Source: a virus
Taxonomy: Duplodnaviria > Caudoviricetes
Length of the DNA stretch: 64,000 bases
IMG/VR virus record: IMGVR_UViG_2871003000_000003
Span: 1-64,000 of that record
Reading direction: 5' to 3' (one strand)
Positions 44,134 through 53,900 of the stretch are shown here, one piece after another. Below the pieces are notes generated by a model that was not told the DNA's origin, did not search any database, and was given only the letters and a program-made list of their open reading frames with translations. The position numbers and the translations under genes are program-made. The stretch's first letter is position 1, and every line of letters begins with the position of its first letter.

Positions 44134-44139
44134 AAATTT
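44099..44139 (-). promoter_or_regulatory. putative -1 programmed ribosomal frameshift signal
   Basis: In-frame A_AAT_TTT (44139-44133), 6-nt spacer, 11-bp stem CCACAGACAGA/TCTGTTTGTGG. Confidence 0.75.
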
Positions 44140-45971
44140 CCGGAATTAATATCCTCATATAACCTATCAAGTGCAATCTCAAATGCGCCAACACCTGAGA
44201 AAAAACTACTCAATTTCAAATTATCAAACAAATAAGGCATAGCTTTATAAAGCTCTACATATATGTAATAAAGAACATCTACTACAATTGAATTACCTGC
44301 CTGTTTATATAATTGACTATTTGAAACTCCGGCTTTCTGTGCAGCATCAAAATTCTCATCAGAAAATCCCATGAGCCTAAAACACTCTTTTGGAGTTAGC
44401 TTACGGATTCTAATATCATCTGTAACTGGTAGAATTGCTGTTTTAAATCCTTCTGGTCTTGTTGTTAATGTAGGAGAATACCCGCTTTTATCTACATGTT
44501 TATTAAATGCATTAATTGTATCCCCCGAGTTGCAATCATTTTCATTTAAAGTTTCAAGTGCTTGTTTAAAAAATCTTTCTTTAGGTTCAATTCTACAAAT
44601 GCCTGTTTCTGTCGCAGTAATTGTTGGACATGTATTCCCATTATCCTGGACTCTACCTCTTCTCGTTTTGCTATCTGGATAAGACAAATCTGCAACACCA
44701 CCAATTTCACATTCGATATATCCCTGTTTTGTTGCTTGTTTGATTGCAACCTTACTTCCTTCTCCTTTATTCGTAGTTAATGTTGGAGACAATCCATTTT
44801 CCGAATAAACAGACCCATTCATACCATTACCAGATGGGTTGATATTCCCAATTTTTAGAACAGCAGTTCCTTCAGATTTTCTGTTGCTAATTCCTCTATC
44901 CTCTCTCGCTGCAATGCAATTTGCATATTCGATTAACTCTGGTTTATTATATGATTTATCAATTCCACATAATACATGTGGCTGTCTTCCACCACCTTGC
45001 ATAGTCGTTAAAGTAGGACTAATATGACTATCATCCCACACGCCTCCGGCATATCCTGTTCCGAAATCTTCTCGATTTACATTTCCAATAAATTTAGGTT
45101 GGTCAATTTCTACAACTCTTTTATCACCACATGAATCAATTGTTCTTAATGCACCACATACATCATTTTTATAAGTTCGAAGCCCCTCATCTTTTCTTTC
45201 TTCACACACAAATTTATCATTTTGACTTTTCTCATATTTACTTTCAATACTCGATATAAATTTTTGGGTTTTCTCATCAGAAATATAGAACTTCTCATCG
45301 ACTTCATCTTCCAATAAATCCTTCAATCTTAATCCATTATCAAAAGGTTCTGGAAATTCAAACTTACCATTATCCAAATCCTTTTTAATAAATAACAGAT
45401 ACACACGTTCTCTGTTCTGTGGAATTCCATAATTTTTAGCATTCAGAACCTTCCAATATACGTTATATCCATATTCTTCTAATTCATCAGTAAATAATTT
45501 AAATGTTGTGTCTTTAAACTGTTTTCCAACGATATTCTTTACATTTTCATAAATTCCAAAATTAGGTCTATTTGATCTAACTACTCGTAAATATTCAACA
45601 AGAAGAGATGATCTTGTCTTTTCAATATTTTTACTTCCACAATTCGGACAACAATCTCTTTTACTCCAATGAACTGTTAATGGATTATATTCAAAATGCT
45701 TTCCATTATCATCCACACAATCTTTACAAGTCCACACAGAGCCTTTTTGTTTACCAGCCACACTGAAATCCTGGCACGGTGATCCTCCACAAATCATATT
45801 AAAATTATCTAACTCAGTTTCATCAACCTTTGTAATATCGCCAAGATTTTTACTTTCATCAACATTATGAATAGCACAATAACTTTTTGTTGCATATTTA
45901 TCAAATTCACAAAAATTTACAAGTTCCCACTGTTTATCTGAATTATATTTTTTATCCTTATTTTCTACCAT
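44112..45971 (-). CDS. DNA (cytosine-5) methyltransferase, circularly permuted, long variable region
   Basis: GGSPCQDFS (IV), ENV (VI), PQNRERVY (VIII), RKLTPKECFRLMGF (IX), YKQAGNSI (X); motif I FSGVG lies after motif X. Confidence 0.93.
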   Translation of the reverse strand: MVENKDKKYNSDKQWELVNFCEFDKYATKSYCAIHNVDESKNLGDITKVDETELDNFNMICGGSPCQDFSVAGKQKGSVWTCKDCVDDNGKHFEYNPLTVHWSKRDCCPNCGSKNIEKTRSSLLVEYLRVVRSNRPNFGIYENVKNIVGKQFKDTTFKLFTDELEEYGYNVYWKVLNAKNYGIPQNRERVYLLFIKKDLDNGKFEFPEPFDNGLRLKDLLEDEVDEKFYISDEKTQKFISSIESKYEKSQNDKFVCEERKDEGLRTYKNDVCGALRTIDSCGDKRVVEIDQPKFIGNVNREDFGTGYAGGVWDDSHISPTLTTMQGGGRQPHVLCGIDKSYNKPELIEYANCIAAREDRGISNRKSEGTAVLKIGNINPSGNGMNGSVYSENGLSPTLTTNKGEGSKVAIKQATKQGYIECEIGGVADLSYPDSKTRRGRVQDNGNTCPTITATETGICRIEPKERFFKQALETLNENDCNSGDTINAFNKHVDKSGYSPTLTTRPEGFKTAILPVTDDIRIRKLTPKECFRLMGFSDENFDAAQKAGVSNSQLYKQAGNSIVVDVLYYIYVELYKAMPYLFDNLKLSSFFSGVGAFEIALDRLYEDINSGNFINPQTE

Positions 45972-46135
45972 TTACCTCTATATAAGAGGTGTGTACACAC
46001 ATTTTACCTAGGATTACTCATTTGTCCTTTCTTAAATATCTATGTAATAAGACCATTTGCAACTGATCTGATTCAAATGAAAAATATATTTTATTTGACG
46101 TTCATGACCGTCAATATTTTATTCTCTGTTACTAA

Positions 46136-46703
46136 TTAATACTTCCCTCCAAGCTCGTATAATAATAAATGTCTTGGAATAGTACATATCTTCGTTCCGT
46201 CCGGGAAACGCAAGAAATTTTCGTTGTTAATACTCCGCTCAATTTCTTCTTCTGACGCTTCCTTAATTTTAAAATATTTAAATTCTTTTAATTTACATTC
46301 TAAATCATCGTCCATACAATACCTAATAATCATTTTAATACTATTCTCAATATTCTCTTTTGTCGCAATAATATGAGTTTGGACGTATTTCCATTTACAC
46401 GACCCTTTATATTTATATTTCATACCCACATAATATAAATAATGTTTCATATCTTATATCTCTCCATTCTTCTTGTTATTTATAACTTTTTGTTTTTACA
46501 GCTCGCAAAGTTTAAATTAATTTTCTCCCACATACTGGACAATAATTGATTTCAAGCTGCTTATTTCTCCATGGTTCCGGAATCATCCCCAATGGTCTTT
46601 CTATATCCAAAGCGTAATATTTCCTGTTATCCGTACCTTTGCATTCATACATGTTAATTTCCTTTAATTTTGTATTTATACGATTGCAAAACTCACAACA
46701 CAT
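46136..46703 (-). CDS. two hypothetical proteins (46136-46450; 46512-46703 Zn finger)
   Basis: ORFs; CEFC...YCPVCGRKL. Confidence 0.6.
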
Positions 46704-46722
46704 TATTTACATCACCACATTT

Positions 46723-47401
46723 CTAAAATCCTGTCTGTTTTGTTTCAAAATTGATATTACCTCTTCCAACAACAATTACAGAATCATCTTCCCACTTTTC
46801 ACCTTTGCTATAAAATTCTGTATCGTTTTCATATACACCCTCTGTATGAATAATTTCAAAATCAATTTCTCCATCAAAATCTTTAATTAATGTTGTTGTC
46901 CATGGACGCTCAATATGGTAGTTAAAATCTGGAAACTTCATCTAGCAAAAATACTCCAACCATTCCAGAATCTGCACAGAACTCTCCAAGTTTTTCATGT
47001 GTATCTGAATTGTAAGTTGTGCAAGACCAATCACCATACAACGTATCTCTACAGATATAGTTTTCGATTCCTAGCACTTCCATATCTTCTCCATAGTTGC
47101 ATAGTTTCCAATCAGAAACATTATTTTTTCTATATTCCTGAAGTGCTGCTTCATATCTTTTATTCTCTTCTTCATACTGTTCAGATTTATGAATCCATTC
47201 TTCTAATAAAAACTCTTCTGGAAAACCAGTATCTTCTTCTAACGCTTTAATTTCGTTTTCATCCATTTTTCTGTAATCTGGATAATATTTCTCTCTACTA
47301 TGAGAAAAATAATCTTTTGCTTTAGGATATTCTCCTACCTCTTTCTTTTCTTTGCAGATATAACATGGATCTGTGATAATAATATTTCCTTTAAATCTCA
47401 T
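46723..47401 (-). pseudogene. probable single gene split by a frameshift
   Basis: ITDPCY...ADSGMVGVFLLDEV ends abruptly; an overlapping ORF without an SD continues PDFNYHIERPW in another frame. Confidence 0.55.
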
Positions 47402-47676
47402 CTTCTCTCCTTCTCACACCATTCAAAAAAGTCATACATACCGTGATTTCTAATACCATCTGATTTTCTTTTCAAAAACGGTATTAACTCATGCATAAAA
47501 CTATTTACCCCACCAATATTCAATTCATAAACATAATTTGAGAGCGCATAAAAGATATACTCTGCAACATCTTTTCTACCGGCTGCTCTTGATTCCGCTT
47601 TCATTTCATCAAGTTCTTCTTCTGATAGCTCGTAAAACACCTTAGAACTAACAATATTTTTCTCTATCTTTTTCAA
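47398..47676 (-). CDS. hypothetical protein
   Basis: GAGGT SD, TTG start. Confidence 0.6.
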   Translation of the reverse strand: MKKIEKNIVSSKVFYELSEEELDEMKAESRAAGRKDVAEYIFYALSNYVYELNIGGVNSFMHELIPFLKRKSDGIRNHGMYDFFEWCEKERR

Positions 47677-47715
47677 AACAAAAATTACCTCAACATACTA
47701 TTTGAAAATTGTATT

Positions 47716-49161
47716 TTATATATACATTACTTTCCTTCCCTTATATAATTTATTCTCTCTAATTGCGTTTCCAACCGATCCGGCAGAAAATGTTTCCCCA
47801 AAATCGTTTTCACTTTTTTCTGATAAAATATGAACTGATGGGTATTCGATAAAAATATTTGAATTTGGGTATTTTTCTATTTTTAATGTTTTTGAATTTT
47901 TTATATTATGTATTCCTTTGCGAATTGGTATGTTACGTTTTAAATTATTATTTTTCAAAAAATTACACACGGTTGTTACAGAAATACCAACTGTTTCTGA
48001 AATTTTAGTAGCAGAATAACCTTCACTATTTAACTTATGAATTTCTTTATATATATTTTTTCTTGCTTCTTTGTTACAAATAGAAAAATCTACTTTATCA
48101 ATATTTATATATTTACATATATCAGATTGATATATTTGTTCTTTCATATATTTTAAATTTGATTCCAAGGCTTTTATTCTGATTATTTTATACCCGTTTT
48201 TAATTGCCAATTCATCCTTTTTTGAATCAATAAACAAATCTTTCTTTAACCTATTAGAAATGTACCCATGTCCATACCCGCCATCTATTTCTACAATTAT
48301 TTTTAAATCTGGAAGTAAAAAATCGTATCTTCCATAAGTTTCTTTTTTTGTATATGGATTATAAAACACACACCAATTTTGTTTTCTATCAAAAATATAT
48401 TTAACGCCTAGTTGCTCTAATAATGAAGTGAAAAATCCTTCTGGATAACTCCTATTTTTCATACATGAACAACCAAAATGATTTTTCTGCAAATTATTTA
48501 TTATTATATTACGATGTATCCTTCCACAACTAGGACATTGTATATCTATTCTTTTATTAGAATACGGCGTGTACATTGATGCATTTTTTATTTTTTCTTC
48601 AATTGTTTCCCCTATGAAATATTCAATAATTTCAGGAGTTATTGTTGCTAAATCGTTTATTCCAGGAACGACAATTGTGCTGCTACAACAAGGGCATAGT
48701 GTTTTACATCCGCTTTTGCTGTTTAAAGACATCCAGTATTCTTTTTTATATTTTTGTTTAACATAATGTTCCCCACATTCAAATCCGCATTTATAACAAA
48801 TAAATTTATACCCTTTTCCATCTTCTCTACTTATAATTGTCATATTGTTATATTCATCTTTAATATGATCTCCAATTTTATATTTCCATGCTCTTTTTTG
48901 ATTGGAATTATTTCTTTTTGCGCCGATTAGTAAACCAATATTAGATGTTCTTAATTGACTGGCATAAATCCAATTTTCTGTCTTATTAAATAAGATTTTT
49001 AATTTTGGTTTCTTATTATTCTTATTCTGATAATCAATTATTTTTAAATATCCTTTTATATCATCATATTCAAATTTAACATCTTCTCCAATGCATTCTC
49101 TCCATTTTATCGTCTTTCCTGATTGTGAATGAGGTAATTCTTCTAAAAATACTTTTCTCAA
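47716..49161 (-). CDS. Zn-ribbon / PD-(D/E)XK-type putative homing endonuclease
   Basis: CYKCG, CPCC..GINDLAT..PE, CPSCG; YDF..IIVEIDGGYGH..DSKKD..IIRI; C-terminal HTH; very low GC. Confidence 0.7.
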   Translation of the reverse strand: MRKVFLEELPHSQSGKTIKWRECIGEDVKFEYDDIKGYLKIIDYQNKNNKKPKLKILFNKTENWIYASQLRTSNIGLLIGAKRNNSNQKRAWKYKIGDHIKDEYNNMTIISREDGKGYKFICYKCGFECGEHYVKQKYKKEYWMSLNSKSGCKTLCPCCSSTIVVPGINDLATITPEIIEYFIGETIEEKIKNASMYTPYSNKRIDIQCPSCGRIHRNIIINNLQKNHFGCSCMKNRSYPEGFFTSLLEQLGVKYIFDRKQNWCVFYNPYTKKETYGRYDFLLPDLKIIVEIDGGYGHGYISNRLKKDLFIDSKKDELAIKNGYKIIRIKALESNLKYMKEQIYQSDICKYINIDKVDFSICNKEARKNIYKEIHKLNSEGYSATKISETVGISVTTVCNFLKNNNLKRNIPIRKGIHNIKNSKTLKIEKYPNSNIFIEYPSVHILSEKSENDFGETFSAGSVGNAIRENKLYKGRKVMYI

Positions 49162-49449
49162 TATGTAAAGGAGCTTTGCAAACTTAGGTCATGACACTCA
49201 TACTCCTTTCGTTATTTTGCGATCGTTAATATATTATTCTCTCTTTTATTTTCAACTTTACACAAATCAGACAATTCATTCTTTATACTTTTATCAAAAT
49301 TGCCATCCAATAAGGAAAGCAATTGTCACCTGAGATACCATAATAGCCACATGAGCATGATTTTAACTCATATCCATATTCTAAAAATGATCTCACTTTT
49401 CGTTCATAATCTTCTTGACAGTCCGTATTTATTGTTATAACATCCATAT

Positions 49450-50193
49450 CTATATTCCTATTCTTTCTTTCGCTATTTCAAAATACTTCTCATCTTTTTC
49501 AATGCCTATAAATCTTCTATTTAAATTCTTACAAGCTAATCCAGTTGTACCGGAACCAATACAACTATCCAAAACCAAATCTCCTTCATTAGTATAAGTT
49601 TTAATCAATTCTTCTATCAATGCCAATGGTTTTTGCGTTGGATGTAAAGCTGATTTTTGAACATCCTTTGCAAATTTCCATACAGATCTCGGATATCTTT
49701 CTGTGCTATCGTATGTAGTTAGTCCATGTTCTCCATAATCTGTTGTATTCTTACATCCAACCTTATGTTCTGCTTTACTCACTTTTCTAACATGTCCAGT
49801 TGTTTTTTGAGGATTGTATACAGGAGGTTTTTTATAAAAAATACAAATATCTTCATGACTTCTTAAAGGCATTTTCTTAGCATTTAGAAACCCTGTTGGT
49901 TGTGTCTTCTCCCAAATCAAATTGTATCTCCACATTTGTTTGTTACTCATCATCAGTTCTGCAGTAAACATGCCATTTGCAAATAAGATAATTGCAGCAT
50001 TGTCTTTTGCAATTCTTTTATACTGTTCCCACAATGGTTCAAATGGAATAATTACATCCCATTTGTTTCTGGAAGTTTGTTGGTATGGAAGATCTGTAAC
50101 AATGCAATCTACTGATTTATCAGAAATGTTATTCATTAGTTCAAGGCAATCTCCACATTGTAAACTAATGCTACTCATGGGAAACACCGCCAT
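49450..50193 (-). CDS. N4-C/N6-A DNA methyltransferase (beta class)
   Basis: GDCLELM, TDLPY, HPTQKP, DSCIGSGTT. Confidence 0.92.
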   Translation of the reverse strand: MAVFPMSSISLQCGDCLELMNNISDKSVDCIVTDLPYQQTSRNKWDVIIPFEPLWEQYKRIAKDNAAIILFANGMFTAELMMSNKQMWRYNLIWEKTQPTGFLNAKKMPLRSHEDICIFYKKPPVYNPQKTTGHVRKVSKAEHKVGCKNTTDYGEHGLTTYDSTERYPRSVWKFAKDVQKSALHPTQKPLALIEELIKTYTNEGDLVLDSCIGSGTTGLACKNLNRRFIGIEKDEKYFEIAKERIGI

Positions 50194-50917
50194 TCCATTT
50201 GAATAATTTTTCTGTGGCTTTAACTCTTTTGTTGTTATCTATCGTTCTATTAACTTCCTGTTCCCAAATACATTCAAAATCTTGCGGTGCGTTTTGTTCG
50301 CTGATAAGAACAATATTTTTCTTGCTTAATTTTCTACACCATTCCCAAAATTCATCATGATTAAAATTCTTGCTTATACCATACTGTTTTACATTTTGAT
50401 ATGGTGGATCGCAATAAAATAATCTATTTTCAAATCCTGTCCAATACTTATAATCACATTGGATAAATTCAATATCTTTAATATTGTTTGCTTGTGCCAA
50501 CAAATTTCTTTTCGCCTCATCATAATAATTTCTTGTGGCTCCTGATTTTGTATTAACCAGCCCTGCATATCCACCATCAAAAAATCTACCATTATAGCTT
50601 GCTAAGAATCCTATTGCCCCAATATACCAATCTTCAAGACAATTATTATTTTCATTAAAACATTCTCTTACTTCTGAATAATGTTCTTTTGTAATAAAAT
50701 CTGGAAGTGTGTATATTTTATCTATATTTTTAAACAATGCTATTAAGTATCTATGTATATCAGATGCAATTTTATATTCACATTTAACTTTGTCTATCAC
50801 ATTGAGTCCGCCGCAAAACGGTTCTATGTAACATTTAATATTGTTTTCATCTATATATCTCTGAATAATCTGAACAATATGTTTCGCTATTCGAGACTTA
50901 CTCCCCATATATTTCAA
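50171..50917 (-). CDS. Dam-like (D12 class) adenine methyltransferase
   Basis: YMGSK, EPFCGG, YCDPPY, LISE. Confidence 0.9.
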   Translation of the reverse strand: MKYMGSKSRIAKHIVQIIQRYIDENNIKCYIEPFCGGLNVIDKVKCEYKIASDIHRYLIALFKNIDKIYTLPDFITKEHYSEVRECFNENNNCLEDWYIGAIGFLASYNGRFFDGGYAGLVNTKSGATRNYYDEAKRNLLAQANNIKDIEFIQCDYKYWTGFENRLFYCDPPYQNVKQYGISKNFNHDEFWEWCRKLSKKNIVLISEQNAPQDFECIWEQEVNRTIDNNKRVKATEKLFKWNGGVSHE

Positions 50918-50986
50918 ATTTTTTCACCAGAAAGGTGACATGTCCTTAGTAGCTACCCTAACTTTTATCCTTTCTGATTTTCTTTA

Positions 50987-53900
50987 TTAACTATAATTTT
51001 CTTTGTCGATATATTTGAACATTTCTGTTTCACCATCAAAAACAATTTTCACCAAATAATTTATGCCGTCCGCATATAAGTATTTATAATGAAGAACATC
51101 GTTATTTTCTATTCTATATTTAATTCCAAAAGATTTTATCCATAGCTCCCATTTCCTTAAATCTGTCATGTTCTTAATATCAGTCAATGTTTCAAAATTT
51201 CTACAAAGTTTCATAACATTCCATCCGTCACTAAACTTTCTTAGTGTGTATTTTTCAGACAAATCATGATACTCAAGCCATTCTGAAACTGATTCTCTTA
51301 AACCATCTTCATTAATCTCATATGCTCCTCCGTTATCAGAACCATGTACAATAGCTTCTCGTATAATACTGTTAATCAATTCAATCTCTTTTTTTTCACT
51401 AAATTCAGTATTCATATAATCTTTATTCCTCCTCGTCAATCATATAATGACATCTCTGTAAAAGATGTAAACACAAATCCATGTAATCATTTACTTGTGA
51501 TTCGCTTGGTAATCCATCTTCGTATTCGTTAATTGATAACAAAGTATCACAACCGCTGCACGAACCATAATAAGTATTCGTGTACACATAGTCTTCAACA
51601 CTCGGCTGATACTGATCCCTGTGTAATATAAATACCTGAGTTCCTTGATAATCACCATCATCGATAACTAAAATATTTTCTGTATCTAACCGGTAATGGT
51701 CACATTCTATAGATGGATTAATAACGATATCAAACAGCAATTTTACGAGATCTTCATAGTTACCATATTCTTCCTGTCTAGTCTTTCTAAAATACTCCTC
51801 AAGCTTGTCTTTATTTTTCTCCCATGCTAAACAAAATTCTTTAATCATTTCTTATTCTCCTTCATACTTCTTCGGTAATTCCATCCAAGCAATTACCTTA
51901 CTCATAACTTTCATTTTCCTACCGCCTGTTCCATGTGAAAACCATTTAATTTCATATGACTTTCCTCCATAATAAAATCTTTTTTCGCAATGTGCGACAA
52001 ACATATCTCCGCATTTAGTCTGAATTAAAACATTTTTACTTTTATGCACATATTTATCAACTTCTTCTAATTCTGGTAATCCAACCTTTTTTATTGAAAT
52101 CCAGTTTTTATTTAATAAATCTCCTACATTTAATTCCATTTATACTTCCTCTTTAGTTCTTTATATTTTTTCATTGCTAATTTAATTTGTTATATTTACA
52201 TAAAATACAATTATACTTCTCAATAAAATTCATTTTATTATTTCCTTTTTTATAACTCATCAAATTCTTTCTGATACTCAATCATCTTTTTCTCTAACCA
52301 CTCAATTAATTCTCTTTGGAATCTTGAAGAAAGAACTTCATCTTTTCTAAGTGGTGTTGAAATTGTAATCCATGTTTTGTCTTCTTTTGCTTTGCGTAAG
52401 TGATAATTAATCAACCAAATATCATCGTTTAGTTGCATTGCCTTTTTGTATGTTTCTTTTACCATATACTTATTCTCTTTATAATACTTCAGTAAGAATC
52501 CTAAAATCTTTAAATGTGTTATTTTCAATAGTTACTTCGACTGGTTTATTAAGTAGCTCAGATACATAATTGACTTTTGCATCTTCTAATATCCGGTCAA
52601 TGTATTCGATAGTTTTAGTGATCGCTGCTTCGCGGTTTAAATCTTTCCAGTTACATTCCGGACTAATATTGACTGTATATTTTCCGCCGTCACCAATTCC
52701 GCTACTTCCCATTTTAAAGCAGAGATGTAAACCTATTAGAAATGGATAATCTCTCATAGTTCCAAACTCTGCAAAAGTAATTTTACCTAATTCTTTTGTC
52801 ACCACATTATTCTCCTTTTCCATATTCTCGAAGCCGAGTTCTTACATATTTGTAATAATCAATCTTTGTTTCATACTTTTCCTTATCTTCCCTATTCCAT
52901 AACACCGGTCTCATCTTAACGCCAGCATCTCGAAGTTTCTCCCAAATTTCCATAAATTGCTGACGGAATATGCGTAGTCTTTTGTTTCTAGGCGGCTCCG
53001 TAAAGTCGATCGGATTATCATACTGATCTTTGTCAAATAACATCTGAAGTACCTCGGCAGTTGTTCTTCCCATTTGTCTAAAACCTTGATGTAAAATATA
53101 ACTCTTCTGCCAAGCAAACAGACGAAAACCCAGAGCTTTTTCTATAGTGTTGAAATCTATAGAGTCATTATTTTCTTTAGGTGTATGGTAGATCCATTCC
53201 AAGTTTTCGGTTTTCTTTTTTTCGTTTTCATAATCATCCAAGATATACGAAATACAATGTTCCATTGGATAATTAATACCTTCACACCATCCAGAATATG
53301 ATGGACATCTGTTTTTGAATTTACAACCCATAATTTATTCACTTTCGCACCATAATTCTTTTATCCATTTATATATTTCATCAAAAGTTTTTGTATTCTC
53401 ATATACTTCCACCAACCAATCAGCCAACTCTTCGTCAGACAACGCGCGAATCATATCACCATTTGTCATTGAATCCTCAAACATTTCGTCTGTCCAACAG
53501 AAATAACCTTCGTCTTCTTCCATAAGATAATATTCCCCTTCGGTATCTACTTCATTGATTGTTACAATCTGACCTCGCAAAGCATACATCTCATCTACAG
53601 CTTCACCCTCGCCATACTTAATATCTGTCCTTAAATCAGGACGAATTCTAACTCGATCTCTAACTTTATGTTTCATTTACTTCACACCTATTCCTCAAAC
53701 TCTGTTTCATCTGTTACTGTTGAATTGTCGCAAATCGTCACGATTGTATTTTCATTTGGAATAATAGTCACTTCTTCGTCGTCTAATCCCCAAAATGAAA
53801 TCTGGTATCCTTCTCCATGCAGCAATTCACCATCCCACTCAAGAATTTTTGTTGATAATTTAACTTCCCCAGGAAGAAGTGTCATTAACTTTGCTCTCTT

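Noticed and set aside
50918-50976. SAM-III (SMK) riboswitch call
   Set aside because: Shares only GAAAGGAU; the remaining consensus is not evident, so it is kept as an unnamed candidate
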